From an uncultured delta proteobacterium (GTDB lineage Bacteria; Desulfobacterota; Syntrophia; Syntrophales; UBA2192), in the NCBI GenBank assembly GCA_963705165.1, contig CAVPJD010000024.1:96001-160000 (forward strand): a stretch of DNA of 64,000 bases, in the 5' to 3' direction. Below are positions 56,055 to 64,000 of this stretch, in pieces. Within the stretch, counting starts at the first letter, position 1; each line of letters begins with the position of its first letter. The notes under the pieces are model-generated. The model saw nothing but the letters and a program-made list of their open reading frames with translations. It was not told the origin of the DNA and searched no databases. A program made the translations under genes and the position numbers.

Positions 56055-57101
56055 CTATCGGGATGGGGGTTTGAACAACCGTCGGATCGAGAGCCCGAAG
56101 GGCCGCTTTGCCACACCGGCCTCGGTGATGATGGCCGTGATGTAACGGTGCGGGGTCATATCGAAGGCGGGGTTGTAGACCTTAACCTTCTCCGGAGCCG
56201 TCCGGACGCCCTGGAGCTGTGTGACCTCGTCCTCGTGGCGCTCCTCGATGAGGATGCCGCTGCCGTCCGCAATCGATCGGTCGATGGTGGAAAGGGGGGC
56301 CGCCACGTAAAATGGGATGCCGTGCTCCCTGGCCAGGATGGCGAGCGAGTAGGTCCCGATCTTGTTGGCCGTGTCCCCGTTGGCGGCGATCCGGTCGGCC
56401 CCGACGATGACGAGGTTGACCTTGCCCTGGGCCATGACGAAGCCGGCCATGTTGTCCGTGATCAGGGTCGCCGGAATCCGGTCTTCCAGGAGCTCCCAGC
56501 AGGTGAGCCTCGCCCCCTGGAGCACGGGCCGCGTCTCGTCGACGAAGACGTGGAGGTTTTTCCCGTCCTCGCGGGCCGCCCGGACGACACCGAGAGCCGT
56601 CCCGTAACCCGCCGTGGCCAGAGCGCCTGCGTTGCAGTGGGTGAGGATGTTGTCGCCGTTGCGGATGAAGGCCTTGCCGTTGAGGCCGATCCGGCGGTTG
56701 ATCTCGATGTCCTGCTCGCCGATCGCGATGGCCTCTTCGACGAGGGCCTTTTTTACCGCGGCGACCCCCGAGGGGAGGGCCTCGGCAAATCGGCGGTGCA
56801 TCCGCTCGATGGCCCAGAACAGGTTGCGCGCCGTCGGGCGCGCCGTCGCGAAGGCCCCGCAGAGACCCTCGAAGGACTTGCGGAACCCCGTTGTGGAGGT
56901 GTCGGGAAGCTGGAGCGTGCCCAGGGCGATGCCCATGGCCGCGGCAACGCCGATGGCGGGGGCTCCGCGGATGGTGAGATCCTTGATGGCCGCAACGACG
57001 TCGCGCCAGTCCGTCAGGGTCAGGTAGCGGACCTTTCCCGGAAGGGCCTTCTGGTCGATGAGGACGACGGCGTCGTCGGCCCAGAGAATGGTTCGGATCA
57101 T
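56055..57101 (-). CDS. mtnA: S-methyl-5-thioribose-1-phosphate isomerase
   Basis: [45 protein letters not shown]. Confidence 0.93.
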   Translation of the reverse strand: MIRTILWADDAVVLIDQKALPGKVRYLTLTDWRDVVAAIKDLTIRGAPAIGVAAAMGIALGTLQLPDTSTTGFRKSFEGLCGAFATARPTARNLFWAIERMHRRFAEALPSGVAAVKKALVEEAIAIGEQDIEINRRIGLNGKAFIRNGDNILTHCNAGALATAGYGTALGVVRAAREDGKNLHVFVDETRPVLQGARLTCWELLEDRIPATLITDNMAGFVMAQGKVNLVIVGADRIAANGDTANKIGTYSLAILAREHGIPFYVAAPLSTIDRSIADGSGILIEERHEDEVTQLQGVRTAPEKVKVYNPAFDMTPHRYITAIITEAGVAKRPFGLSIRRLFKPPSR

Positions 57102-58531
57102 GACCCCGAAAGCATCTTTTTGAGCAGGTCGTTGACGATCTGCGGGTTGGCCTTGCCCTTGGTGAGCTTCATCACCTGGCCCACGAAGAAGGCAAAGAGC
57201 TTATCCTTGCCAGCCCGGTACTCGGCGAGCTGCGTCGGGTTTTTCGCCATGGCCTCCTCGATGGCCTTCACGACGGCCCCCTCGTCGGTGATCTGGGTGA
57301 GGCCCTTCTCCTTGACGATGTCGGCAGGCTTCTTCGACGATTTGTACATCTCCTCGAAGACTTCCTTGGCGATCTTGCCGCTGATGGTCCCGTCCTCGAT
57401 GAGGTTGATCATCTGCGCCACGTGGTCGGGGGAGACGGGGCTTGACAGGATTTCGCGCTTCTGCTCGTTCAAGTAGCGCAGCAGATCGCCCATGACCCAG
57501 TTGCTGGCGATCTTGGGCTTGCCGCACATCTTCACGGTCTCTTCATAGAAGTCGGCCAGGGCACGGGTGGCGGTGAGCACGCTTGCGTCATAGACGGGGA
57601 TGCCGTACTGCGCGACGAAGCGGTCCTGCTTCGGAAGCGGAAGCTCGGGAAGCGCCCTGCGTACGTCCTCGATCCACTCGTTCGAGATCACGATGGGGAC
57701 GAGGTCCGGGTCGGGGAAGTAGCGGTAGTCGTGGGCCTCCTCCTTGCTGCGCATGGAGTGGCTCTGCCCCTGGGCGTCGTCCCAGAGGCGGGTCTCCTGG
57801 ACGACCCTGCCGCCGCTCTCGAGGATGTACTGCTGGCGCTTGATCTCGTACTCGAGGGCCCGCTGGACGTTGCGGAAGGAGTTCATGTTCTTGAGCTCCG
57901 CGCGGGTCCCGAAGGCCGTCTCGCCTTTCGGGCGGATGGAGACGTTGGCGTCGCAGCGGAAAGATCCCTCCTCCATGTTGCCGTCGCAGATCTCGAGGTA
58001 GACGAGGATGTCCCGGAGCCTGCGCAGGTACTCACCGGCCTCCTCGGGGCTCCGCATGTCGGGCTCGCTCACGATCTCGATCAGCGGCACGCCCGTGCGG
58101 TTGAAATCCACGTAGCTCCAGGGGTTGCGCTCGTCGTGGACGAGCTTGCCGGCGTCTTCCTCCATGTGGATCCGTGTGATGCCGATCCGCTTCTTTTCCC
58201 CGTCGAGCAGGATGTCGATGTGGCCGTGCTCGGCCAGCGGGTGGGCGTACTGGGAGATCTGGTAGCCCTTGGGCAGATCCGGGTAGAAGTAGTTCTTCCG
58301 GGCGAAGTTCTCGTAGGCGTTGATGCTGCAGCCGGTGGCGAGCGCCATCCGGATGGTGAACTCCACGACCTTTTTGTTCAGCACGGGCAGCACGCCGGGC
58401 ATGCCCAGGCAGATCTGGCAGGTGTGCTCGTTGGGGCCGGCCCCGAATTTGGTGGAGCAGCCGCAGAATATCTTGGAGTCGGTCAGAAGCTGGGCGTGAA
58501 CCTCCAGCCCGATGACGGTTTCGTAAGCCAT
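57098..58531 (-). CDS. gatB: Asp/Glu-tRNA amidotransferase subunit B
   Basis: [35 protein letters not shown]. Confidence 0.97.
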   Translation of the reverse strand: MAYETVIGLEVHAQLLTDSKIFCGCSTKFGAGPNEHTCQICLGMPGVLPVLNKKVVEFTIRMALATGCSINAYENFARKNYFYPDLPKGYQISQYAHPLAEHGHIDILLDGEKKRIGITRIHMEEDAGKLVHDERNPWSYVDFNRTGVPLIEIVSEPDMRSPEEAGEYLRRLRDILVYLEICDGNMEEGSFRCDANVSIRPKGETAFGTRAELKNMNSFRNVQRALEYEIKRQQYILESGGRVVQETRLWDDAQGQSHSMRSKEEAHDYRYFPDPDLVPIVISNEWIEDVRRALPELPLPKQDRFVAQYGIPVYDASVLTATRALADFYEETVKMCGKPKIASNWVMGDLLRYLNEQKREILSSPVSPDHVAQMINLIEDGTISGKIAKEVFEEMYKSSKKPADIVKEKGLTQITDEGAVVKAIEEAMAKNPTQLAEYRAGKDKLFAFFVGQVMKLTKGKANPQIVNDLLKKMLSGS

Positions 58532-59988
58532 TAGAGTTTCGGCCTCCTTCGTTCGATTCCGGAATGTCGCTCGTAGGCGTGGGCGACCTGGAGGAGCTTG
58601 CCCTCGTGGAAGTGGCCCGCCTGGAACTGGACCCCGATGGGCAGTCCCGCCTGCGTGTATCCGCAGGGAACCGAGATGCCGGGGATGCCCGCGAGGTTCG
58701 TCGAGATGGTGAAGATGTCCGAGAGATACATCTGGAGCGGGTCGTCCATCTTCTCGCCGATCTTGAAGGCGGGTGTGGGGGTCGTGGGCGTCAGGATCAC
58801 GTCACAGCTCTTGAAGGCCTCCTGGAAGTCGCGCTTGATCAGGGTGCGCACCTGGGAGGCTTTCTTGTAGTAGGCATCGTAGTAGCCCGATGACAGGGCG
58901 TAGGTCCCGATCATGATGCGGCGCTTCACCTCGGCGCCGAAGCCCTGCGAGCGGGTCTTCTTGTACATCTCCATGAGGTCGCGCCCGTCGGCGGAGCGGT
59001 AGCCGTACTTCACGCCGTCGTAGCGGGCAAGGTTGGAGCTCGCCTCGGCCGGCGCGATGATGTAGTAGACCGCAAGGCAGTACTGCGTGTGGGGAAGCGA
59101 GATGGGAATGGTTTTCGCGCCGAGGCCCTCGATTACCTGGATCGTCTTTTTCACGGCGGCGTCGACCTCGGCGTCGATGCCCTCGATGAAATACTCCTTC
59201 GGGATCCCCACGGTGAAGCCTTTGATGTCCTTGCCGATGAAGGCCCGGTAGTCGGGGACCTCCATGGGCACCGACGTGGACTCCATGGGGTCGTATCCGG
59301 CAATGGCGTTGAGCATGATGGCCGCATCCTCCACGTCCTTCGTGAAGGGGCCGATCTGGTCGAGCGACGAGGCGAAGGCAATGAGCCCGTAGCGCGAGAC
59401 GCGCCCGTAGGTGGGCTTGAGACCGACGACCCCGCACAGAGCCGCCGGCTGGCGGATGGAGCCGCCCGTGTCGGAGCCCGTCGCGGCGATGCACTCGTCG
59501 GCGGCCAGGGCCGCGGCGGAGCCGCCGCTCGAGCCCCCGGGGATGCGCTCCAGGTCCCAGGGGTTGCGGGTGACGCCGAAATAAGACGTCTCCGTGGAGG
59601 AACCCATGGCGAATTCGTCCATGTTCGTCTTGCCGACGAAAACGGCGCCCTCGTCGCGCAGCTTCTTCACCACCGTGCCGTCGTAGGGCGGCACGAAGTT
59701 GTGGAGGATCCGCGAGCCGCAGGTCGTACGGACCCCCTTCGTGCACTGGATGTCCTTGAGTGCGACGGGGATGCCGGTGAGCGGCTTGAGGTTCCCCTTG
59801 CGGATCTCTTCGTCGGCCTTCTTCGCCTCCGCGAAGGCATATTCCTTCATGACTGTCGTGAAGGAGCACACCCGCTCCTCGACGGCGTCGATGCGCTTGA
59901 AGACATCCGTCACGATCTCCGTGGACGTGACTTCCTTCTTTTTAATTAAATCCTGTAAAACGTGTATCGTCAGTTCATTCAGTCCCAT
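58531..59988 (-). CDS. gatA: Asp/Glu-tRNA amidotransferase subunit A
   Basis: [30 protein letters not shown]. Confidence 0.97.
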   Translation of the reverse strand: MGLNELTIHVLQDLIKKKEVTSTEIVTDVFKRIDAVEERVCSFTTVMKEYAFAEAKKADEEIRKGNLKPLTGIPVALKDIQCTKGVRTTCGSRILHNFVPPYDGTVVKKLRDEGAVFVGKTNMDEFAMGSSTETSYFGVTRNPWDLERIPGGSSGGSAAALAADECIAATGSDTGGSIRQPAALCGVVGLKPTYGRVSRYGLIAFASSLDQIGPFTKDVEDAAIMLNAIAGYDPMESTSVPMEVPDYRAFIGKDIKGFTVGIPKEYFIEGIDAEVDAAVKKTIQVIEGLGAKTIPISLPHTQYCLAVYYIIAPAEASSNLARYDGVKYGYRSADGRDLMEMYKKTRSQGFGAEVKRRIMIGTYALSSGYYDAYYKKASQVRTLIKRDFQEAFKSCDVILTPTTPTPAFKIGEKMDDPLQMYLSDIFTISTNLAGIPGISVPCGYTQAGLPIGVQFQAGHFHEGKLLQVAHAYERHSGIERRRPKL

Positions 59989-60013
59989 TCTATTCTCCAA
60001 CTTTATTCTTCTT

Positions 60014-60048
60014 CCCTGATACCCTACCCCCTATACCCTGATACCCTT
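60014..60048. repeat. Degenerate 7/8-mer array inside the gatC-gatA junction
   Basis: CCCTGATA CCCTACC CCCTATA CCCTGATA CCCTT. Confidence 0.6.
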
Positions 60049-60334
60049 ATTCAATTACTTTCGGTACCCGATAGCTGTTGCCGCTCTCGGCGGGGGCGTT
60101 GGCCAACGAGAGTTCGTGGGGAAGCGACTCCCGGACGACGTCCTCCCGGAAGGCGTTCTGGATGGCGATGGCGTGCGTCTCGGGCTCGACGCCCGTCGTG
60201 TTCACCTCGTTGAGTTTTTCCATATATAGAAGGATGTTGTTCAACTGGGTCGTGAACTTCTCCTTCTCCTGCTCGCCGAATTCCAGACGTGCCAGATGGG
60301 CCACGTATTCAACCTGTTCCTTCGTGATCTTCAA
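60047..60334 (-). CDS. gatC: Asp/Glu-tRNA amidotransferase subunit C
   Basis: TTG start after GGAGG; VAHLARL, NAFRED, NAP, VPKVIE. Confidence 0.95.
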   Translation of the reverse strand: MKITKEQVEYVAHLARLEFGEQEKEKFTTQLNNILLYMEKLNEVNTTGVEPETHAIAIQNAFREDVVRESLPHELSLANAPAESGNSYRVPKVIE

Positions 60335-60397
60335 TCTATAATCCTCCAAGTAACGATACCGCTCCATCGCGAAGCGGTACCCGATTTCCTTGATTCA

Positions 60398-60433
60398 ATT
60401 ACCCTTTACCCTGGACCCTGAACCCTTGGACCC
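60398..60433. repeat. Degenerate 7-mer tandem array
   Basis: ATTACCC TTTACCC TGGACCC TGAACCC TTGGACCC. Confidence 0.65.
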
Positions 60434-60447
60434 GCCGCGAAGCGGCT

Positions 60448-61506
60448 TCATCGGAAGCATTTCCAGTACGGCTTGATCTGGCCGATGACCGAGTCGATCG
60501 TCCGGTTGACGGACGCATCGGCCTCGCTCTCGTGACGCCTGAGATCCGCCTCCGTGACGCGGGTGGCGCTGCTCATCTCGTCGAGGACTACCTTGATGCC
60601 CTCCGTGAGCCCCCCCAGGTGATAGCCGCCCTCGAGGACGGCGGCGAACTTGCCTCCGCAGCACACATCAGCGATATCCATGAGCACCCGGGCGAGCATC
60701 CCGAATCCCGGCGGCGTCACCTTCATCCCTCCCAGGGGATCCCGGAAGTAAATGTCGAAACCCGCCGAGAGCAGGACCATCTCGGGCATGTAATCAAACG
60801 CAAGGGGCTGAAGCACCCGCCGGAAGATCCGGAGGTACTCGGCATCGCCGGGGCCGGATCGCAGGGGGACGTTCACCGTGTAACCCAGCCCGTCGCCCCG
60901 GCCGATCTCCTGGAGCCCCCCCGTCCCGGGGTAGTAAGGGTACTGGTGGGTCGAGAAATAGACAACCCGGGGATCCTCGTAGAAGGAATGTTGGGTGCCG
61001 TTTCCGTGATGGAGATCCCAGTCGACGATGAGGACCCGTTTCATCCCGTGCTGCTTGATGGCGTGCATGGCCCCGATGGCGACGTTGTTGAAGATGCAGA
61101 AGCCCGCCGCCCGGTCTGCCTCGGCGTGATGGCCCGGCGGCCGGACAAAGGCAAAGGCGTTGCGCAGCTCGCCCTTCACAATGCCGTCGACGGCGTTCAG
61201 GAAACCTCCCACGGCAAGCTTGGCGACGTCGTAGGATTCGGCAGAGGCCTCCGTGTCAGGATCAAGGTAGGTATGGTCCTTTCCTGCCGATTGGGCGATC
61301 ATCTTCACGTAGGCGCGCTTGTGGATCATCTCGAGTTCCTCGTCGAGAGCGAACCGAGGCCTCACCTCCGTGAATTTCCCTGCCATTTCTGGGCTTTCCA
61401 GCATCTTGTAGATGGATTCGAGCCGCTTGGGGGATTCGGGGTGGTAATGGCCCGTCTCGTGACGGAGGTACCGGGAATCCTTTACAATTCCAGTCGCCGA
61501 AGCCAT
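60448..61506 (-). CDS. Histone deacetylase family (class II-like) deacylase
   Basis: HPESPKRL, RPPGHHA, DWDLHHGNGTQ, SAGFD, LEGGY. Confidence 0.93.
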   Translation of the reverse strand: MASATGIVKDSRYLRHETGHYHPESPKRLESIYKMLESPEMAGKFTEVRPRFALDEELEMIHKRAYVKMIAQSAGKDHTYLDPDTEASAESYDVAKLAVGGFLNAVDGIVKGELRNAFAFVRPPGHHAEADRAAGFCIFNNVAIGAMHAIKQHGMKRVLIVDWDLHHGNGTQHSFYEDPRVVYFSTHQYPYYPGTGGLQEIGRGDGLGYTVNVPLRSGPGDAEYLRIFRRVLQPLAFDYMPEMVLLSAGFDIYFRDPLGGMKVTPPGFGMLARVLMDIADVCCGGKFAAVLEGGYHLGGLTEGIKVVLDEMSSATRVTEADLRRHESEADASVNRTIDSVIGQIKPYWKCFR

Positions 61507-61661
61507 AAGGTGCTCCCTTTGGGGTGAGATCAGACAAAAACCCTTACCATACAATACCTTAAAAATCAAAAGGATTCCCGACCCGGAGCGGCCAAAAGCC
61601 TTGACATCGGGTGGGACAAAAGATATCTAAAATGAATTCCGCTGTTTTCGAGGTGTCAACC

Positions 61662-61985
61662 GTGTTCGGCATCGGTATGCAGGAACTCATCATCATTCTG
61701 GTTGTGGCGCTCATCTTCATCGGGCCCAAGAAGCTCCCCGACCTGGCCAAGGCACTGGGCAAAGGGGTCGCCCAGTTCAAGGGTGCCATGGATGACGTGA
61801 AGGGCACCTTCGACGAAGGCATCAAGAAGGAAGTAAACCAGGTGAAGGACTCCCTTCTCGAGGACAAGAGCGACAAGGCACAGGCCGGCGAAGGGGACAA
61901 AAAAGAGGGCGCGCCGTCAGACCCGTACCTGGCCGCGGAGGAAAAGGCGGAGGAAAAGAAAGACAAGCCGGCAACCCCGGCGTGA
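61662..61985 (+). CDS. tatB: Twin-arginine translocase TatA/TatB subunit
   Basis: FGIGMQELIIILVVALIFIGPKKLP; E8 and GP motifs suggest TatB. Confidence 0.8.
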   Translation: MFGIGMQELIIILVVALIFIGPKKLPDLAKALGKGVAQFKGAMDDVKGTFDEGIKKEVNQVKDSLLEDKSDKAQAGEGDKKEGAPSDPYLAAEEKAEEKKDKPATPA

Positions 61986-62077
61986 GGCTAAAGGCGCATG
62001 GCTAAAGGCTAAAGGCACATGGTAAAGGGGATGTCCCGTTTTTTGCCATAAGCCTTTTACCTTTCGCCATTCGCCAT
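61985..62077. repeat. Degenerate 7-mer tandem array, inverted pair within the tat operon
   Basis: AGGCTAA AGGCGCA TGGCTAA AGGCTAA AGGCACA TGGTAAA ... TTGCCAT AAGCCTT TTACCTT TCGCCAT TCGCCAT. Confidence 0.8.
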
Positions 62078-62087
62078 TTTTTATATT

Positions 62088-62849
62088 ATGACCGAACCCA
62101 AAAAAGAAGACAAGATGCCCCTCACCTCCCACCTGGAGGAATTGCGAAAGAGGCTCGTCCGCATCCTGATCGCCGTCGGGATTGCCTTTCTCGGATGTTT
62201 TGCCTTCAAGGAGGAGATCTTCCGGATTGTCGCACAGCCGCTGATCAGCGTGCTGCCGCCCGGCACCCACATGGTCTTCACGGGGCTTCCCGAGGCCTTT
62301 TTCACCTACATCAAAGTATCGCTCTACGCAGGGATCTTCGTCGCCAGTCCCGTGGTGCTCTACCAGGTCTGGAAGTTCATCTCGCCGGGCCTCTTCCCGA
62401 AGGAGAAGAAATTCGTAGCCCCTTTCGTGATTACCTCGACAATGCTCTTCGTCGGCGGGGTGTGCTTCGGCTACTTCCTGGTGCTCCCCGGGGCGTACAA
62501 GTTCTTTCTGGAATTCACCACGGACTTCCTCAAACCCATGCTCTCCATGCGGGAGTACCTCACGCTCACGCTGAAACTGCTGCTCGCCTTCGGGATCATT
62601 TTCGAGATCCCCGTCTTTCTCTTCTTCATGACGAAGATCGGCCTGGTGACGCCGCGCAAGCTCGCGAGGATGCGCCGCTACGCGATCGTGGTCTGCTTTA
62701 TCGTGGCGGCCATCATTACGCCCACGCCGGACGCCTTCACGCAGCTCATGATGGCAATCCCCATGATCGTCCTCTACGAGGTCGGGATCCTCGTCTCCAG
62801 GCTCGCCGGCCGAAAGAAAGACGATGCCGACAGTGATCCGCCCCAATGA
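62088..62849 (+). CDS. tatC: Twin-arginine translocase TatC
   Basis: HLEELRKRL, FISPGL, FEIP, TPTPD. Confidence 0.95.
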   Translation: MTEPKKEDKMPLTSHLEELRKRLVRILIAVGIAFLGCFAFKEEIFRIVAQPLISVLPPGTHMVFTGLPEAFFTYIKVSLYAGIFVASPVVLYQVWKFISPGLFPKEKKFVAPFVITSTMLFVGGVCFGYFLVLPGAYKFFLEFTTDFLKPMLSMREYLTLTLKLLLAFGIIFEIPVFLFFMTKIGLVTPRKLARMRRYAIVVCFIVAAIITPTPDAFTQLMMAIPMIVLYEVGILVSRLAGRKKDDADSDPPQ

Positions 62850-64000
62850 AACCGAATAACCGATCATCGCTGAGGAAAGTCATCGTCAAGCGGGCCCGCC
62901 GGAGCCGTATCTTCCGCAAGATTTTTTCCGCCATGATCGTCCTGGGGCTCCTGGTGTTTCTCGGCGCGGCGGGATTCCTGGCCTACCTGGTCCATGAGTC
63001 GCCCAGCGTGGACGCCCTGAAGGACTACCGGCCCAGCACGACGACGCGGATCTACTCCGACAAGAACGAGCTCGTGGACTCCTTTTTCGCCGAGGACCGG
63101 CAGGTCGTCCCCATCGCCGAGGTCCCCGAGATGGTCATCAAGGCCTTCGTGGCCGGCGAGGACGCACGCTTCTTCCAGCACGAGGGGCTCGATCTGGTCG
63201 GCATCCTGCGGGCCTCCGTCAAGAACGTGATCGCCGGCGAAATCGTCCAGGGCGGCAGCACCATCACCCAGCAGGTGGCCCGCTCGCTCTACCTCTCGCC
63301 GGAGCGGACCTTCATCCGCAAGATCCGGGAGGCAATCCTCGCCTGGAAGATCGACCGCTACCTGAAAAAGCACGAGATCCTCGAGCTCTACCTCAACCAC
63401 ATCTACCTCGGCCACGGGGCCTACGGGATCGAGGCGGCCTCGCAGAGCTACTTCGGCAAGTCGACGCGGAGCCTGACGCTCTCCGAGGCGGCCATCCTGG
63501 CCGGCCTCCCCAAGGCGCCGAGCCGCTTCTCGCCCTACGTGAACATGGAGCGGGCACGCCAGCGGCAGGCTTACGTGCTCACCCGGATGCAGGAGGACGG
63601 CTACATCACGCAGGCCGACCGTGACAAGGCGCTGAAAGACCCCGTCAAGCTCATCTCGTCGAAGCCCCGGGAGAAGATCGCCCCCTACTTCACGGAGAAC
63701 GTCCGGCGCTACATCCTCGAGAAGTACGGCGCCGACGCCCTGTACCGGGAGGGTCTCGAGGTCTACACGACGATCAACGTGGAGATGCAGAAGGCCGCAA
63801 ACGATGCCGTGGAGCGGGGCCTCAAGGAGATGGAGACGCGGGAGAAGTTCCCGGCGGGGGAGCTCCAGGGAGCCCTTTTGTGCATGGACGTGCGCACCGG
63901 CGAGATCAAGGCCATGGTGGGGGGCCGGGACTACAAGAAGAGCGAGTTCAACCGGGCCACCCAGGCCAGGCGGAGGCCCGGGTCCTCTTTCAAGCCCTTC
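62846..64000 (+). CDS. Class A penicillin-binding protein (PBP1A), runs off the window end
   Basis: Manual translation: TM anchor, EDARFFQH, GGSTITQQ, RKIRE, ILELYLN, and GSSFKP (SxxK) at the window end. Confidence 0.93.
   Translation, partial: MKPNNRSSLRKVIVKRARRSRIFRKIFSAMIVLGLLVFLGAAGFLAYLVHESPSVDALKDYRPSTTTRIYSDKNELVDSFFAEDRQVVPIAEVPEMVIKAFVAGEDARFFQHEGLDLVGILRASVKNVIAGEIVQGGSTITQQVARSLYLSPERTFIRKIREAILAWKIDRYLKKHEILELYLNHIYLGHGAYGIEAASQSYFGKSTRSLTLSEAAILAGLPKAPSRFSPYVNMERARQRQAYVLTRMQEDGYITQADRDKALKDPVKLISSKPREKIAPYFTENVRRYILEKYGADALYREGLEVYTTINVEMQKAANDAVERGLKEMETREKFPAGELQGALLCMDVRTGEIKAMVGGRDYKKSEFNRATQARRRPGSSFKPF

Noticed and set aside
4436..62077. Short intergenic arrays as CRISPR
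   Set aside because: Units are 7-9 nt and contiguous, with no unique spacers and no cas genes.

Overview
GC-rich bacterial chromosomal window. Gene content (gatCAB, tatBC, a Sec-recoded oxidoreductase, rubredoxin, a CdaA-YbbR fusion, multi-PAS regulators) suggests an anaerobic Desulfobacterota/Syntrophales-like organism; this taxonomy is inference only. It has three parts. (1) 1-20 kb: host-type genes, including a CoA-disulfide-reductase-like gene with an in-frame TGA at the catalytic Cys position followed by a SECIS-like hairpin, a divergent MtnA paralog, TPM-nucleotidyltransferase-LemA, an SfsA-GIY-YIG fusion and a PilZ-motA-motB unit with a sigma54 promoter. (2) About 20.1-40.3 kb: a probable accessory island of envelope proteins and hydrolases, with a SulP-DUF202-sulfatase-DUF1622-DUF202-anSME locus, a HAD-2H fusion and IS200/IS605-like hairpin remnants. 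(3) 40-64 kb: MrfA/MrfB-like repair genes with an rtcA 5' remnant, rubredoxin, fpg, cdaA, thyX, mtnA, gatCAB, HDAC, tatBC and PBP1A. At least 20 degenerate 7-9 nt tandem arrays, often as inverted pairs, sit at gene junctions in parts 1 and 3 but were not seen in the island. Three genes carry six single-base frameshifts (assembly error or recent decay). No rRNA, tRNA, CRISPR array, integrase or transposase was recognised. All calls come from manual reading and motif recall, not database searches.
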